A stretch of DNA of 43,977 bases from the IMG/VR virus record IMGVR_UViG_3300042940_001755; one strand, written 5' to 3'. The notes under the pieces were generated by a model, which saw only the letters and a program-made list of their open reading frames with translations, was not told where the DNA came from and did not search any database. This DNA is from a virus. Taxonomy: Duplodnaviria; Heunggongvirae; Uroviricota; Caudoviricetes. Of the stretch, positions 28,001 through 37,059 are shown in pieces (the stretch's first letter is position 1; the number at the start of each line of letters is the position of its first letter). A program made the position numbers and the translations under genes.

Positions 28001-30051
28001 ATGCGTCGTTTCTGGACGCCAAAAGTCTCTACCTCAAACAGATCGGTATTGCCTTCCAGTAATGCCAGACCTGTCTCATACCACTTATCCTTTGTACCGT
28101 TTAAGTTAGCTTGGTTGTACAGATCTCTGCCCAATGCGATAGCTAGCTGGTCTCTGTCAGGGGTATCCGCTAATGACAATCGGTTGGCGAAGCGTAAGTA
28201 GAACATCTGCTTACTTGCTTCATCGAGGCGATGGTTGATTATTAGTGGAATATGTCTGTCAAAAGCATCCCTTAGCTCTCTCGCAATCTTAGGGGCAGTT
28301 CTGTCTTCCCACAAATTCTTGGCCTTAATATTGCCAATGAAGTTGTCATGAAGATCTTGAAGCTGAGTTGGTCCCAGAACAGGGTCAATGTAGTTATCTT
28401 GAAGTAACTTCTTTAAAGGGTCAGAGCCGCTTCTTATCTGAGTCTCAATCGAATCCGAAACGTTCATCACGTCAAACTTGATTTGTGATTGTGATACAGC
28501 TTTGAAGTTTCCCCAACGCTCGCCATTCTTACGATAACGTGTGAATACAATCCTCAAGTTATCAGCAATAACAGCTCTTTCATTGGCTCCCATCTTTTCA
28601 TTCAAGCCTTCTACGAAGGTAACTATGAAGTCTTTATCTACCTGCTTCAAATCTGGACTATTCCGAATCAATTTCAGATTGTTATTAAGCACGCCTAGAT
28701 TTGGCTGATACAGACGGGTGTCCTCATAACGCCCTGTTACTGGATTGAATATCATCTGATCTTCGCGGGGGAGGCTTGTTAGCACTCGCCGCTTCATCGC
28801 TTTCTTGTTACCAATAAGCGCTCCACGGAAGTTAGTTAGTGAGAGAGTGCCGTCAAGCTCGCCTGCTTGTAAGAGATAATAGTCTTTCAGTGTCTGTGTC
28901 AATGCAGGATCCGAGAAGAAATCTTCAGGCATTGTGGCATGAAGTTGCATGGCGTCTAACTTCGCCTTAGCGTTAGCAAAGCGCATGGTGTCGTTAGGGA
29001 TAGTGTAAGTGCTATCAGTGATCTGTCTCAGTTCATTCAAGCCTACTGTGTTTCCCTCAGGATTAGAGAATTTGTCAACGGTAAGTTGACCTGTGTTGAA
29101 CATCTCAACCTTCTTGTAATCCCCCAGATGCCGTAGCTGTGTCTGTTTAGGTTGGCGGAGAAGCCAATCATTATAAGACTCATGCAGAGGCAACATCCCG
29201 TCGTAATAAGCTTGCTGATCTTTAGTGAGACTTCCGAGATTCCTCTTTCTGACCTGAGCGACTGCCTCCAACTTTCCCATGTCATCCCAAGACTTAAGGA
29301 CGGGGGTGGTAGTTGATCTACATCTATAATGGGCAGGAGGTAGATGCTCTGTATCACCAATAGGGTAAATCTGACCATCTCGATGAGCACAAATTGGAGT
29401 GGTACGGGAATCAAGTACAGCAACATACTGCCACCCGCTAATAGCTTTTTCATTCGCCTTATAAATCTCATGATCGGCCTGATTCGTCACCGAGGTGACT
29501 GCCGTGGTTACTAATGCAGCTGCTTGGTTCTTCGATATCGCAGAGATAGCTCTAACACTCTTAGCTAACTCGCTGTTAGTGTTGCCCTCTGCAAGACCTC
29601 TCCGAATAGCAGACTCAATTCTTATCTTTTCACCTTCAGAAATGCCTGCCCAGCCCTGCGCCAGAGTCTTTTCTTCGTGCAGAGGTCTCTCTAGCACAAT
29701 CTCTTCCGCAATACGCCGATTAGGTCTTTCTGTCTTCCAGATGTCTCCGAAGAGCTTTTCGACTCCACCATACGTGAATGAGGCTTGGTCACTTGCGAGG
29801 CCCAGTAAGTCATTCTTAGTAGAGCGAAATGCATCTGTATATGTCTTTTTAATCTCCTTATCCACAGCCTCTCTGAATATCAAAAAGCCCGCAGTGGAGA
29901 AGTTGGCGTCATTGACTAACTTATCAACACGAACGGCATGGCCATCTAGGATCAACTCGACTCTTCCGGCAACTCTCCGCTCAAATAAGCGCACCATTGC
30001 GGCTCTGTCAATGATTCTATCGTACAGCTCTGTATTCGCATTTATAGCCAT
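25078..30051 (-). CDS. MuF (SPP1 gp7/Mu gpF) minor head protein fused to T7-like single-subunit RNA polymerase, exon 1 (1658 aa)
   Basis: N-terminal WQYVAVLDSRTTPICAHRDG...PPAHYRCRST (MuF). RNAP motifs: DHRARIY (DxxGR-like, ~27476-27496), EQDASSSGAQ (motif A, ~26338-26367), RKAAKAQNMVTFYG (motif B, ~26134-26175), AVNGNHSND (T7 NFVHSQD). Confidence 0.92.
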
Positions 30052-30194
30052 TAGATCACCTTTCCTTTACCTGTAAGTGGATCGTAAGTTGCCCCACGAT
30101 AATCTCCACCATATTGTTTAAGCGCCTTGGAGATTACTCTCTTGACACCTTCTTTCTTTGTAAGACCCTTCTCTACCTGTACGGACCGCGCCAT
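30051..30194 (-). CDS. Small basic protein, 47 aa (not in ORF track)
   Basis: MARSVQVEKGLTKKEGVKRVISKALKQYGGDYRGATYDPLTGKGKVI; TAATG overlap with the RNAP start; paralogous to the upstream neighbour. Confidence 0.75.
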   Translation of the reverse strand: MARSVQVEKGLTKKEGVKRVISKALKQYGGDYRGATYDPLTGKGKVI

Positions 30195-30196
30195 GA

Positions 30197-30349
30197 CTAA
30201 TCCTGTGCTGAGCCTTTACCAGTAACTGTGTCGTACTCTACGATGCGCCAGTCGCGGTTCCCGTGAAGTTCTCTTAACTTAGCAACAATAGCTGCTCTGC
30301 CTTCACGGGGACGAAGACCTTTGGCGACTTGAACTGTCACCTTAGCCAT
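30197..30349 (-). CDS. Small basic protein, 50 aa (not in ORF track)
   Basis: MAKVTVQVAKGLRPREGRAAIVAKLRELHGNRDWRIVEYDTVTGKGSAQD; tiles the gap exactly; paralogue of 30051..30194. Confidence 0.75.
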   Translation of the reverse strand: MAKVTVQVAKGLRPREGRAAIVAKLRELHGNRDWRIVEYDTVTGKGSAQD

Positions 30350-30394
30350 TTATTTACCTTTACCGCCGCCTTTACCTTTGCCTTTACAAGCCAT
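30350..30394 (-). CDS. Putative 14-aa Gly/Lys-rich peptide
   Basis: MACKGKGKGGGKGK; SD TAAGGA upstream; its stop abuts the next ATG. Confidence 0.5.
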   Translation of the reverse strand: MACKGKGKGGGKGK

Positions 30395-30403
30395 GTCAAT
30401 TCC

Positions 30404-30817
30404 TTATTTACCGTGGAGGCCTGGACGGGACTTGTCTAAGCCCATTCCTACGCCAGAGTGAGGAGGCCCAGAAGGACGTGTCATGCGTACACCTAGTTTA
30501 GCACCAGCATAATGGGTGAGGCCGCTTACAGCTGCTCCGCCTACAGCACCTGCTGCTGCGCCTACCGCCGTTCCGCCTGGTCCCATTGCACTACCAACAA
30601 TGGCACCTCTAATACTGCCAACGAGTGCGCCACCAACCATACCGGTAGCCGTCGAGGAAGATACGACTCTTCGCGACGACTCTGAACCTCGCTTTCCAGC
30701 GATGTTACCGGCGATATAAGAACCAATTGGTCCAGCAAGCATTGAGGCTGCGGTACCGAGTCTGCGACCATTCTTCTTATGAGGGCCTGCCGCATTATTA
30801 TTACCAAACTTAGCCAT
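30404..30817 (-). CDS. Basic glycine-zipper protein, 137 aa
   Basis: GMVGGALVGSIRGAIVGSAMGPGGTAVGAAAGAVGGAAV GxxxG repeats; immediately follows the portal gene. Confidence 0.7.
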   Translation of the reverse strand: MAKFGNNNAAGPHKKNGRRLGTAASMLAGPIGSYIAGNIAGKRGSESSRRVVSSSTATGMVGGALVGSIRGAIVGSAMGPGGTAVGAAAGAVGGAAVSGLTHYAGAKLGVRMTRPSGPPHSGVGMGLDKSRPGLHGK

Positions 30818-30818
30818 T

Positions 30819-32351
30819 TTAACTCTCCATTGCTAGCGTGCTAGCGAAATTGTCATTTGTTTGAGGTGCCGCCTGAGTAAGCACATCACCAGTGATTTCC
30901 TGGATCCCTTCCTCGTCATTGTAAGAAGGATCCACCATGTCGTTAGACTTGAGCATTTGCAACCACAAAGAGCGGGGGATCAATCCTTTCTCATACCACT
31001 CTGTCGCTAGTCGCAACCAATCTGCGCCTAAAGGCACCGGATCAAAGTCAGTGGATAATGTGAACTTCACCTCTGTCAACGGAATATCAATGTTATAGCG
31101 CCACTTAATCATAAACGCGATGATAGCTCGCATGGTGTGGCTTACTTTATTACTAAGTACACCCAGCTGCGCTGTTTGGGCAGCATTACGAATCTCTAAG
31201 GCAACACCTGACTGAACATTCTCAGGCGATAACATTCTCACACCCAGTCTAGCAATCTCTTCGATGGCCTGGACGATTGAGCGATCCATGTCCGATAAGG
31301 CCGCAGTAGGCGTATCCAAGATTGTAGCCTTACCGTCCATCGGTAGACGAATCCAAGAGCCTAAACCTGCTTCAACTATCTCGTCAAAGGCGTCATCAGT
31401 CAAATCAGCACAGATAACAGGTGTGTAAGTAGCTGCACCATACAGCAAGTGATTGCGTCGACTGACCTTGTTATAAAGACTCACTTCTTTGTCCACAATA
31501 GCGGTCAACAGGGGCGGCACAGGCTTGATAGAACCATTAAGAGGCCACGCAGGGATTGATGTGACTCTCTCGCCATGCATGAGAATATTGTCGAATGTGT
31601 CTTTCAAAACCATTCCGGATGCTACATCTGTCAAGTCTCTGACTGAGGTTGTATTCGTCTGCTGTCTATCTTCACTCTTGCGCCCTGTTTCCTGGAATAC
31701 CCTGACTTGATAATAGCCCTCTTCAGTCAACTCATGTACCCAGCAGGTGTCGAGGACTTTCGGGTGGAACTCGTTGTCAGGGGAGTACACTTCTTCAAAG
31801 CCTCTTACAATTACTTGACTAAGGCCTCTGCTGTCTACTTTCCAGTTGATAATGCTTTCTGATTTGTGAATCACAGGATAGGGCTTAAAGTTCTTAAGCT
31901 CTTCAGGGTCAACCTCATCAGGATTGGCGATGTTCGGATAGTCCAAGAACACCCAACAACGAGAAGACTGCATCTCTTCCCACAACGCTTCATCTAGGAA
32001 TGCCGTCATCGGTGAGTCATCTTTACAGAACTGTTGCATCAGCCATTCATGGGCTTCTGCAGGAGCCGTGGCAGGCAGTTCAAGGATTGGTTGCTTGCGA
32101 AGTAATCCGCCAACCAGCATTCTGGCGAATTGAGCTGAGATACCGGGCAATTCAGCCTCGGCTTTATAGAACTTCCACTGATCATAGCTCATCGAGTGAG
32201 AGAATGGAATCAGTAAATTCTCAAAATTGTACACATCCAGCACTGCATCATACTTCTTTACAGCTGCTTCTCCGTTACATACAGCTCGGCAACGTCCCCA
32301 TAATTTAGCGAACAAGGAGTAAGCAGCGCATGGGGTCGCTACCGTAACCAT
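30819..32351 (-). CDS. Portal protein (DUF4055-like), 510 aa
   Basis: Size, sequence style (PPLLTAIVDKEVSLYNKVSRRNHLLYGAATYTPVI), and position upstream of the MuF gene. Confidence 0.85.
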   Translation of the reverse strand: MVTVATPCAAYSLFAKLWGRCRAVCNGEAAVKKYDAVLDVYNFENLLIPFSHSMSYDQWKFYKAEAELPGISAQFARMLVGGLLRKQPILELPATAPAEAHEWLMQQFCKDDSPMTAFLDEALWEEMQSSRCWVFLDYPNIANPDEVDPEELKNFKPYPVIHKSESIINWKVDSRGLSQVIVRGFEEVYSPDNEFHPKVLDTCWVHELTEEGYYQVRVFQETGRKSEDRQQTNTTSVRDLTDVASGMVLKDTFDNILMHGERVTSIPAWPLNGSIKPVPPLLTAIVDKEVSLYNKVSRRNHLLYGAATYTPVICADLTDDAFDEIVEAGLGSWIRLPMDGKATILDTPTAALSDMDRSIVQAIEEIARLGVRMLSPENVQSGVALEIRNAAQTAQLGVLSNKVSHTMRAIIAFMIKWRYNIDIPLTEVKFTLSTDFDPVPLGADWLRLATEWYEKGLIPRSLWLQMLKSNDMVDPSYNDEEGIQEITGDVLTQAAPQTNDNFASTLAMES

Positions 32352-32563
32352 TAGATTGCCATCGCTGCGTTAAAGTCGGCCATTGAACCGACAAATACTT
32401 GGCCGACCATGCTATGTACAGCTCTGATTGTGCCATCTTCCTGAGCTGAGATTTCCCATAATCCTGGGGCTTTATTCAGGGGGTCAATGCTGAAGTTAGC
32501 AGCAGGGGTTGACTGTTTTGCAGCTGGCTGTACCACTGCTGGTGTTTCAATTTTGTCTATCAT
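32351..32563 (-). CDS. Hypothetical protein, 70 aa
   Basis: Coupled ORF (ATGA and TAATG overlaps). Confidence 0.6.
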   Translation of the reverse strand: MIDKIETPAVVQPAAKQSTPAANFSIDPLNKAPGLWEISAQEDGTIRAVHSMVGQVFVGSMADFNAAMAI

Positions 32564-33000
32564 ACTAGCTCCGTTGGGCTTGCTGTAAATTCGATTTGTT
32601 CATTGTAGATCTTCAAGATCTGTGGAAATGCCACACCTGTCTCAGTGACGCTCAACTCGACAGTTCCTCCAGTCACTACTGTGTGCGGTAGCTGGATGTA
32701 AACGTGATTGGCCTTCGCAGTCTTCCATGCGGTTGACAAACCTGGTGACACTGTGGAAACCACTGCTGTTCCTGCCTTTAAGGCGTAGACCGCTAGCCCG
32801 ATCGTGACTTCATCACCAGCACTATAGGCTGTCGCTGGATCCCACTCCCCTTTATCCGCTGGCACTCTCACCGTCAATACAGTGTTTACACCGTTAGTAT
32901 CGGAGAGGACAGCTTCGTAAGTGCTGGTGGCGCGGTCTAATTTGCTTTTTGTCAAAGACACAGGGAGCTCTGTTTGCGTGCCTAGTGGCAAACTAATCAT
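32560..33000 (-). CDS. Putative structural protein with CBM5/12-like W..A.AY motif; paralogue of 40343..40930
   Basis: GVNTVLTVRVP...GEWDPATAYSAGDEVT...NHVYIQLP...SPTELV aligns by eye with the 195-aa protein. Confidence 0.65.
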   Translation of the reverse strand: MISLPLGTQTELPVSLTKSKLDRATSTYEAVLSDTNGVNTVLTVRVPADKGEWDPATAYSAGDEVTIGLAVYALKAGTAVVSTVSPGLSTAWKTAKANHVYIQLPHTVVTGGTVELSVTETGVAFPQILKIYNEQIEFTASPTELV

Positions 33001-33457
33001 GGTAAATTCCTTTATGGTATAGTTTAACTTCTTTGGCGCGGCGATTGGTTAGACCTTTGACAACCTTGCCATTATCTTTATTCCAACGCATAAACTGGAA
33101 GGTGATGGCGTCTTCATCTTGGCCAGCATTGATTACCTTCACAAGAGTAGAAGACGAGAACGCTGCTACTCCAATATTATAGCACAATGACACTAGCGCG
33201 TCAAACTGATACTGCTTGAGAGGAGTCTTAATGGCAGCTCTAACAGCGTTAACATATATTCGCATGGTTACGCTGAATAGCGTGGCAGCTCGCTCCATTG
33301 TGATCGGAGCGTCAGTCATGCGGACTTTAGTGCCATCTTCATAATAAGTCGAGCCGAACCCGATAGTGGGGACATCGCCACTGTCTAAATAAGGGGCAGA
33401 TTCAAATCCTTCTCCACCTTTCGTAAACACAATTCCATCAAAGCTTAAATCTTGCAT
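32993..33457 (-). CDS. Lysozyme / endolysin (GH24, T4/P21-type), 154 aa
   Basis: EGFESAPYLDSGDVPTIGFGST gives the E-x8-D-x5-T triad; FDALVSLCYNIG; GLTNRRAKE. Confidence 0.92.
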   Translation of the reverse strand: MQDLSFDGIVFTKGGEGFESAPYLDSGDVPTIGFGSTYYEDGTKVRMTDAPITMERAATLFSVTMRIYVNAVRAAIKTPLKQYQFDALVSLCYNIGVAAFSSSTLVKVINAGQDEDAITFQFMRWNKDNGKVVKGLTNRRAKEVKLYHKGIYHD

Positions 33458-33482
33458 AACGCCTCTTGAGTAGTATCAACTG

Positions 33483-34514
33483 CTATAATAAAAAGTCTGA
33501 TGTGACCAATGTAGTAACTAGATTTAACTTAATCTCCATCGATGCTGTCGTCGGAGTAGCAGGGGTCGTAGTAATTTGCACCACGGCGTAAGCTGTGGCA
33601 CCTGTACCATAAAACGCCCATCTAACCTGCCCAACAGTAGTAAAGGCTGCTGTCCCGATCACTCCGCCGGTCAGCGCTAAGCCCGTCAAGTCGATTTTGT
33701 CAACTCCGGTTGTGAAATCAGTAATAATATCTCTGCTAACACCTGTTCCGGAATCGGCGGAGACTACAAAGCGGAAGCTATCTGCTCCATCACCGCCTGT
33801 CAAGGTGTCTACGTGCAAGCCGCCCCATAGAACATCATTCCCCAAGCCACCGTCTAAACTGTCAGTGCCTGTATCGCCAGATAAGGTGTCGTTACCTAGA
33901 CCGCCTACCAATGTATTGGCTGCAGTGTTACCTGCTATTGTGTTATCCATTGAGTTACCGGTACCAGATACTGTGGCTATGCCCGTTAGCTTGAGATTAT
34001 CTACTTCAGATGGCAAAGTGTACGATATAAATGTCTGTACGGTGTCGATGCCTTCTCCTGAAAGTTCTGTCACAATATCTCCAGCGTTATCTACGATATA
34101 TACATCATTACCAGCGCCACCTATTAAGGTATCACCACCGGTGCTACCGTCTATCGTGTTATTCCCGCTGTTCCCCGTCACGATATTCGAAAGACTATTT
34201 CCGGTACCGCTGATATCACCAACGCCTTGCAATTTCACATTCTCTACCTTACCTGGCAGTGTATACGACGTTGCCGTGCTCAGAACTGTATCTGTGCCAC
34301 CTGTGATGGACTCTGTGATGATATCTGTTGTTGTGTCTACAATGTAAGTGTCGTTTCCGAGGCCACCGACTAATGTGTCGATACCGAGGCCGCCGAACAA
34401 AGTATCAGCGCCTGCTGTCCCTGTTAAGGAATCGTTTCCTGCTGTACCCACAATCCAACCCATCGTAGGCGAAGGTGTTATTCCCGCGGCCATATACGTT
34501 GTTAAGACGCTCAT
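33483..34514 (-). CDS. RTX (hemolysin-type Ca-binding repeat) protein with serralysin-like C-terminus, 343 aa
   Basis: Many GGxGxDxL/Y nonapeptides (GGLGIDTL, GGLGNDTY, GGAGNDVY, GGLGNDTL, GGDGADSF); C-terminal DIITDFTTGVDKIDL...TSDFLL. Confidence 0.9.
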   Translation of the reverse strand: MSVLTTYMAAGITPSPTMGWIVGTAGNDSLTGTAGADTLFGGLGIDTLVGGLGNDTYIVDTTTDIITESITGGTDTVLSTATSYTLPGKVENVKLQGVGDISGTGNSLSNIVTGNSGNNTIDGSTGGDTLIGGAGNDVYIVDNAGDIVTELSGEGIDTVQTFISYTLPSEVDNLKLTGIATVSGTGNSMDNTIAGNTAANTLVGGLGNDTLSGDTGTDSLDGGLGNDVLWGGLHVDTLTGGDGADSFRFVVSADSGTGVSRDIITDFTTGVDKIDLTGLALTGGVIGTAAFTTVGQVRWAFYGTGATAYAVVQITTTPATPTTASMEIKLNLVTTLVTSDFLL

Positions 34515-34900
34515 GAGATATTCCCGGAAATTGTACAGGCATTCGCGCCATGAAAAAGAATACTCGCCAGCCCTCTCACTGCTAATGTGTAAGAGGTCTT
34601 AGCGGGGTCTATTCCTGCTTGATAGCATGTTAGCGCACTACATGTTATAGTCTGCGCAGTCGCACTATTGTTGTGTAACAAAATAACATTGCCGATACTA
34701 AATACATTAGCGGGGATAGTAAACCCTCCGCCAGTACTGCTCACATGGCCGCCAAGATGTTCTAACCCTAGTGTGCAGGCGGCTGTCTTCGCGGATTGTG
34801 GAATGGACTCTGCAGCCACCTTCAGGTTCTGCAAGTTAGCGTCCATTTCTGCGCTAGTAAGCGGCGTTCCTTTAGCGGCGCGGGTTACGATAGTGACCAT
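34511..34900 (-). CDS. Fibre-associated protein (cassette 2, gene C), 129 aa
   Basis: N-terminus TRAAKGTPLTSAEMDANL resembles 39125..39496 (LRSEKGSALTHNEMDENL). Confidence 0.65.
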   Translation of the reverse strand: MVTIVTRAAKGTPLTSAEMDANLQNLKVAAESIPQSAKTAACTLGLEHLGGHVSSTGGGFTIPANVFSIGNVILLHNNSATAQTITCSALTCYQAGIDPAKTSYTLAVRGLASILFHGANACTISGNIS

Positions 34901-34912
34901 ATGAGCACCTCC

Positions 34913-35371
34913 TTAGGTGATAATAATTTGCCAAGTCACAGAAAGAGTGTCATTGGGTCCCTTAGTAATGACTCCGAAGACTGTTCTGGCAACTAGAATT
35001 CCGCCAGTAGCGCCAGTGAATAGTCCGGCTTCTGTTAATGCGCCTGTAGCGACACCTGGACCGAATGATGCGATGTACTGAATCGAGTCCAGAGTAACAT
35101 TCGTAGTAGTTAGAGTAGTAGAAGTTAAGACAGCTCTAGCGTCAAGTTGATTACCTAATGCGGCATCGTCAGGGCTAGGTGCGATACCACCGGTGCCGAC
35201 TCCAATATGAGAAATAGCAGGCGCTGTAGGGGTGGGTAATAATCTGTTTGCGACAAAAGCTCTACCTGCCGATAGGATTAAGTTGGAATCTTGGGTTTCT
35301 TTTATATTACCGAATTCATCTGTAAGTGTGAAAGAAACTATGCCTAATGGCGTTATCTTTTCTGAAATCAT
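34913..35371 (-). CDS. Tail-collar/fibre-anchor-like protein (cassette 2, gene B), ~152 aa (start MISEK)
   Basis: ISHIGVGTG...TEAGLFTGATGGILVAR...DTLSVTWQI; SD GAGG; paralogue of 39493..39921. Confidence 0.65.
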   Translation of the reverse strand: MISEKITPLGIVSFTLTDEFGNIKETQDSNLILSAGRAFVANRLLPTPTAPAISHIGVGTGGIAPSPDDAALGNQLDARAVLTSTTLTTTNVTLDSIQYIASFGPGVATGALTEAGLFTGATGGILVARTVFGVITKGPNDTLSVTWQIIIT

Positions 35372-35378
35372 ATATCCT

Positions 35379-35894
35379 CTAGCAGAAGTAAGTTGTTCCT
35401 GCGTATTCATGAACGAAGTAGTCGGGACAGTCCGTGTAGTCTTGGATGTGTAACTCAACAACACTACCAGCAGCTACTACATCCGCAACATAAGGTTGCA
35501 TTCCGAAAGATATAATATCCGCAGCTTCGCCGATATCCAGAGCTGATGCGTCCAATGGGATAAAGGCATTAACACTGTCCAGTACTACGCTTGTGTCGAT
35601 TACACTGATGTTGATTGTCATGCTGACATGCTCTGCGGCTTGTGCGACGTCTGTTTTAACAGTAGCCAATCTAATAGCCAAGTGTTCAGCAGGAGAAGCC
35701 TCTGTGGTGACACTCGCCCCGACCTCCATAGAGATCTGTTCAGCACCTTCAACTTCTTCGATTGAAAGTACCGCAAGGACATTCCGTAACGGGTGTCTAT
35801 CAATATCCCCAACAGATACAGCCGTTATCGGGGCTATTCTGGCGTTAGGTTGAGTAGTGACAGGGATTACAGCGGGCGTACTTGCGGTAATCAT
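35379..35894 (-). CDS. Hypothetical protein (cassette 2, gene A), 171 aa
   Basis: Val/Ala/Ser-rich; ends DYFVHEYAG, resembling DYIFHAYAG in 39918..40346. Confidence 0.6.
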   Translation of the reverse strand: MITASTPAVIPVTTQPNARIAPITAVSVGDIDRHPLRNVLAVLSIEEVEGAEQISMEVGASVTTEASPAEHLAIRLATVKTDVAQAAEHVSMTINISVIDTSVVLDSVNAFIPLDASALDIGEAADIISFGMQPYVADVVAAGSVVELHIQDYTDCPDYFVHEYAGTTYFC

Positions 35895-35897
35895 AAT

Positions 35898-36089
35898 CTA
35901 ACCGAAGACCATACCGCCGGTTTCTTGGACTAGCTTTGCAGCCAATTCTTCAACAGGCATTTTGGTGCCTAAAATCAAGGCATCTTTGTATGTAGAGGTG
36001 TAGCGCTCGACAGTTACCGCATCGATCTCTTCTTGAGTTACGTTTGTGTAAATGTGAGTTGCCTGTGGCAATAAATCTTGAGGTGTCAT
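35898..36089 (-). CDS. Hypothetical protein, ~63 aa (start MTPQDLL)
   Basis: ATG two bases after the upstream stop codon. Confidence 0.55.
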   Translation of the reverse strand: MTPQDLLPQATHIYTNVTQEEIDAVTVERYTSTYKDALILGTKMPVEELAAKLVQETGGMVFG

Positions 36090-36090
36090 A

Positions 36091-37059
36091 TTAGTACCAA
36101 AATTGTTTAATTGAGTTGACAACAGACCCTGTGATGTTCACAGTCTGTTGGATTATATTGCTCGGGGCCTTGTAGTCCAGTGAGCTGAACCCGCCTGTAG
36201 GGCTCGGGCCGTTAACTGCCATCAAGCGGTTTGCGAATAGACGAGCTGCTCTAATAAGCGAAAACGCGGTTATAGCAGGGTATAGCGCAATTACAGAGTG
36301 GATTGCAGACGCAGGCTTCAGAGTGACAAACTTAGTCATCAGTTCTTTCACAGGGGGTGAGAACATTCCTGCAGACATAGCGCGAGGTAAGGAAGTCGCT
36401 TGTCTGATCGCGTACCTAATCGTCGTTTGGTATAAAGCTGCCTGCGCGAAGGATGTAAAGCCTCCGGCGGCCGCAATCGCGGCGGTCACTACACCGCTAG
36501 CAGTTACTCCCATTTTAGGTGCCTTTACTCCGGTAAATTTGCCTCGTAATACGTACTGTGTCGAAAGTATTCGAGTACAATTCTTCAATAATCTCCCGGA
36601 GGTTGAAGAAGCGATGCCTAGCAAAGAAGGGCCTTTGGAGATGCGAGGGAGTCGGAGGCTGGAAAGGGCTGCGGTAAAAGGTAGCCCTGAAAGAGCTCCT
36701 GTGAGCGCCCTTGTTGACAACAGTTTCGCGCCTTTGACACCTGTGAATCCACCCTCAGTAATGTTGCGGGAACTAATGCTACTAGCCGATATCACACCTG
36801 GTCGCGCAGCACGCATGAGCGTAGTCCTAAATACACCCAGACCGAACCTTCTGACATTAGCCATACTCCCGAACTTCGGTGATCCAATCCCCGAAAAGAG
36901 CAAAACTTGTTGCACAAACACAGAAATCTTAGCAGGTCGCATCCCTGAGTAGCCACCTTTCGCGATGGCTACTTCTTGTAAGGAAGGACTGCTGCTACCG
37001 AAGCGTGGCTGACAACGCAAACCGCTAAATGTCATCACTACCTCAGTAGCGAATATCAT
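36091..37059 (-). CDS. Very basic Ala/Ser/Gly-rich protein, 322 aa
   Basis: ATGA overlap with the upstream gene; fills the gap on the operon strand; manual count ~36 K+R versus 5 D+E. Confidence 0.6.
   Translation of the reverse strand: MIFATEVVMTFSGLRCQPRFGSSSPSLQEVAIAKGGYSGMRPAKISVFVQQVLLFSGIGSPKFGSMANVRRFGLGVFRTTLMRAARPGVISASSISSRNITEGGFTGVKGAKLLSTRALTGALSGLPFTAALSSLRLPRISKGPSLLGIASSTSGRLLKNCTRILSTQYVLRGKFTGVKAPKMGVTASGVVTAAIAAAGGFTSFAQAALYQTTIRYAIRQATSLPRAMSAGMFSPPVKELMTKFVTLKPASAIHSVIALYPAITAFSLIRAARLFANRLMAVNGPSPTGGFSSLDYKAPSNIIQQTVNITGSVVNSIKQFWY

Noticed and set aside
36323-36952. 209-aa plus-strand ORF as the real gene instead of the 322-aa minus-strand ORF
   Set aside because: Opposite to the operon direction and uncoupled, whereas the minus ORF has an ATGA overlap and its stop lies next to the following start.
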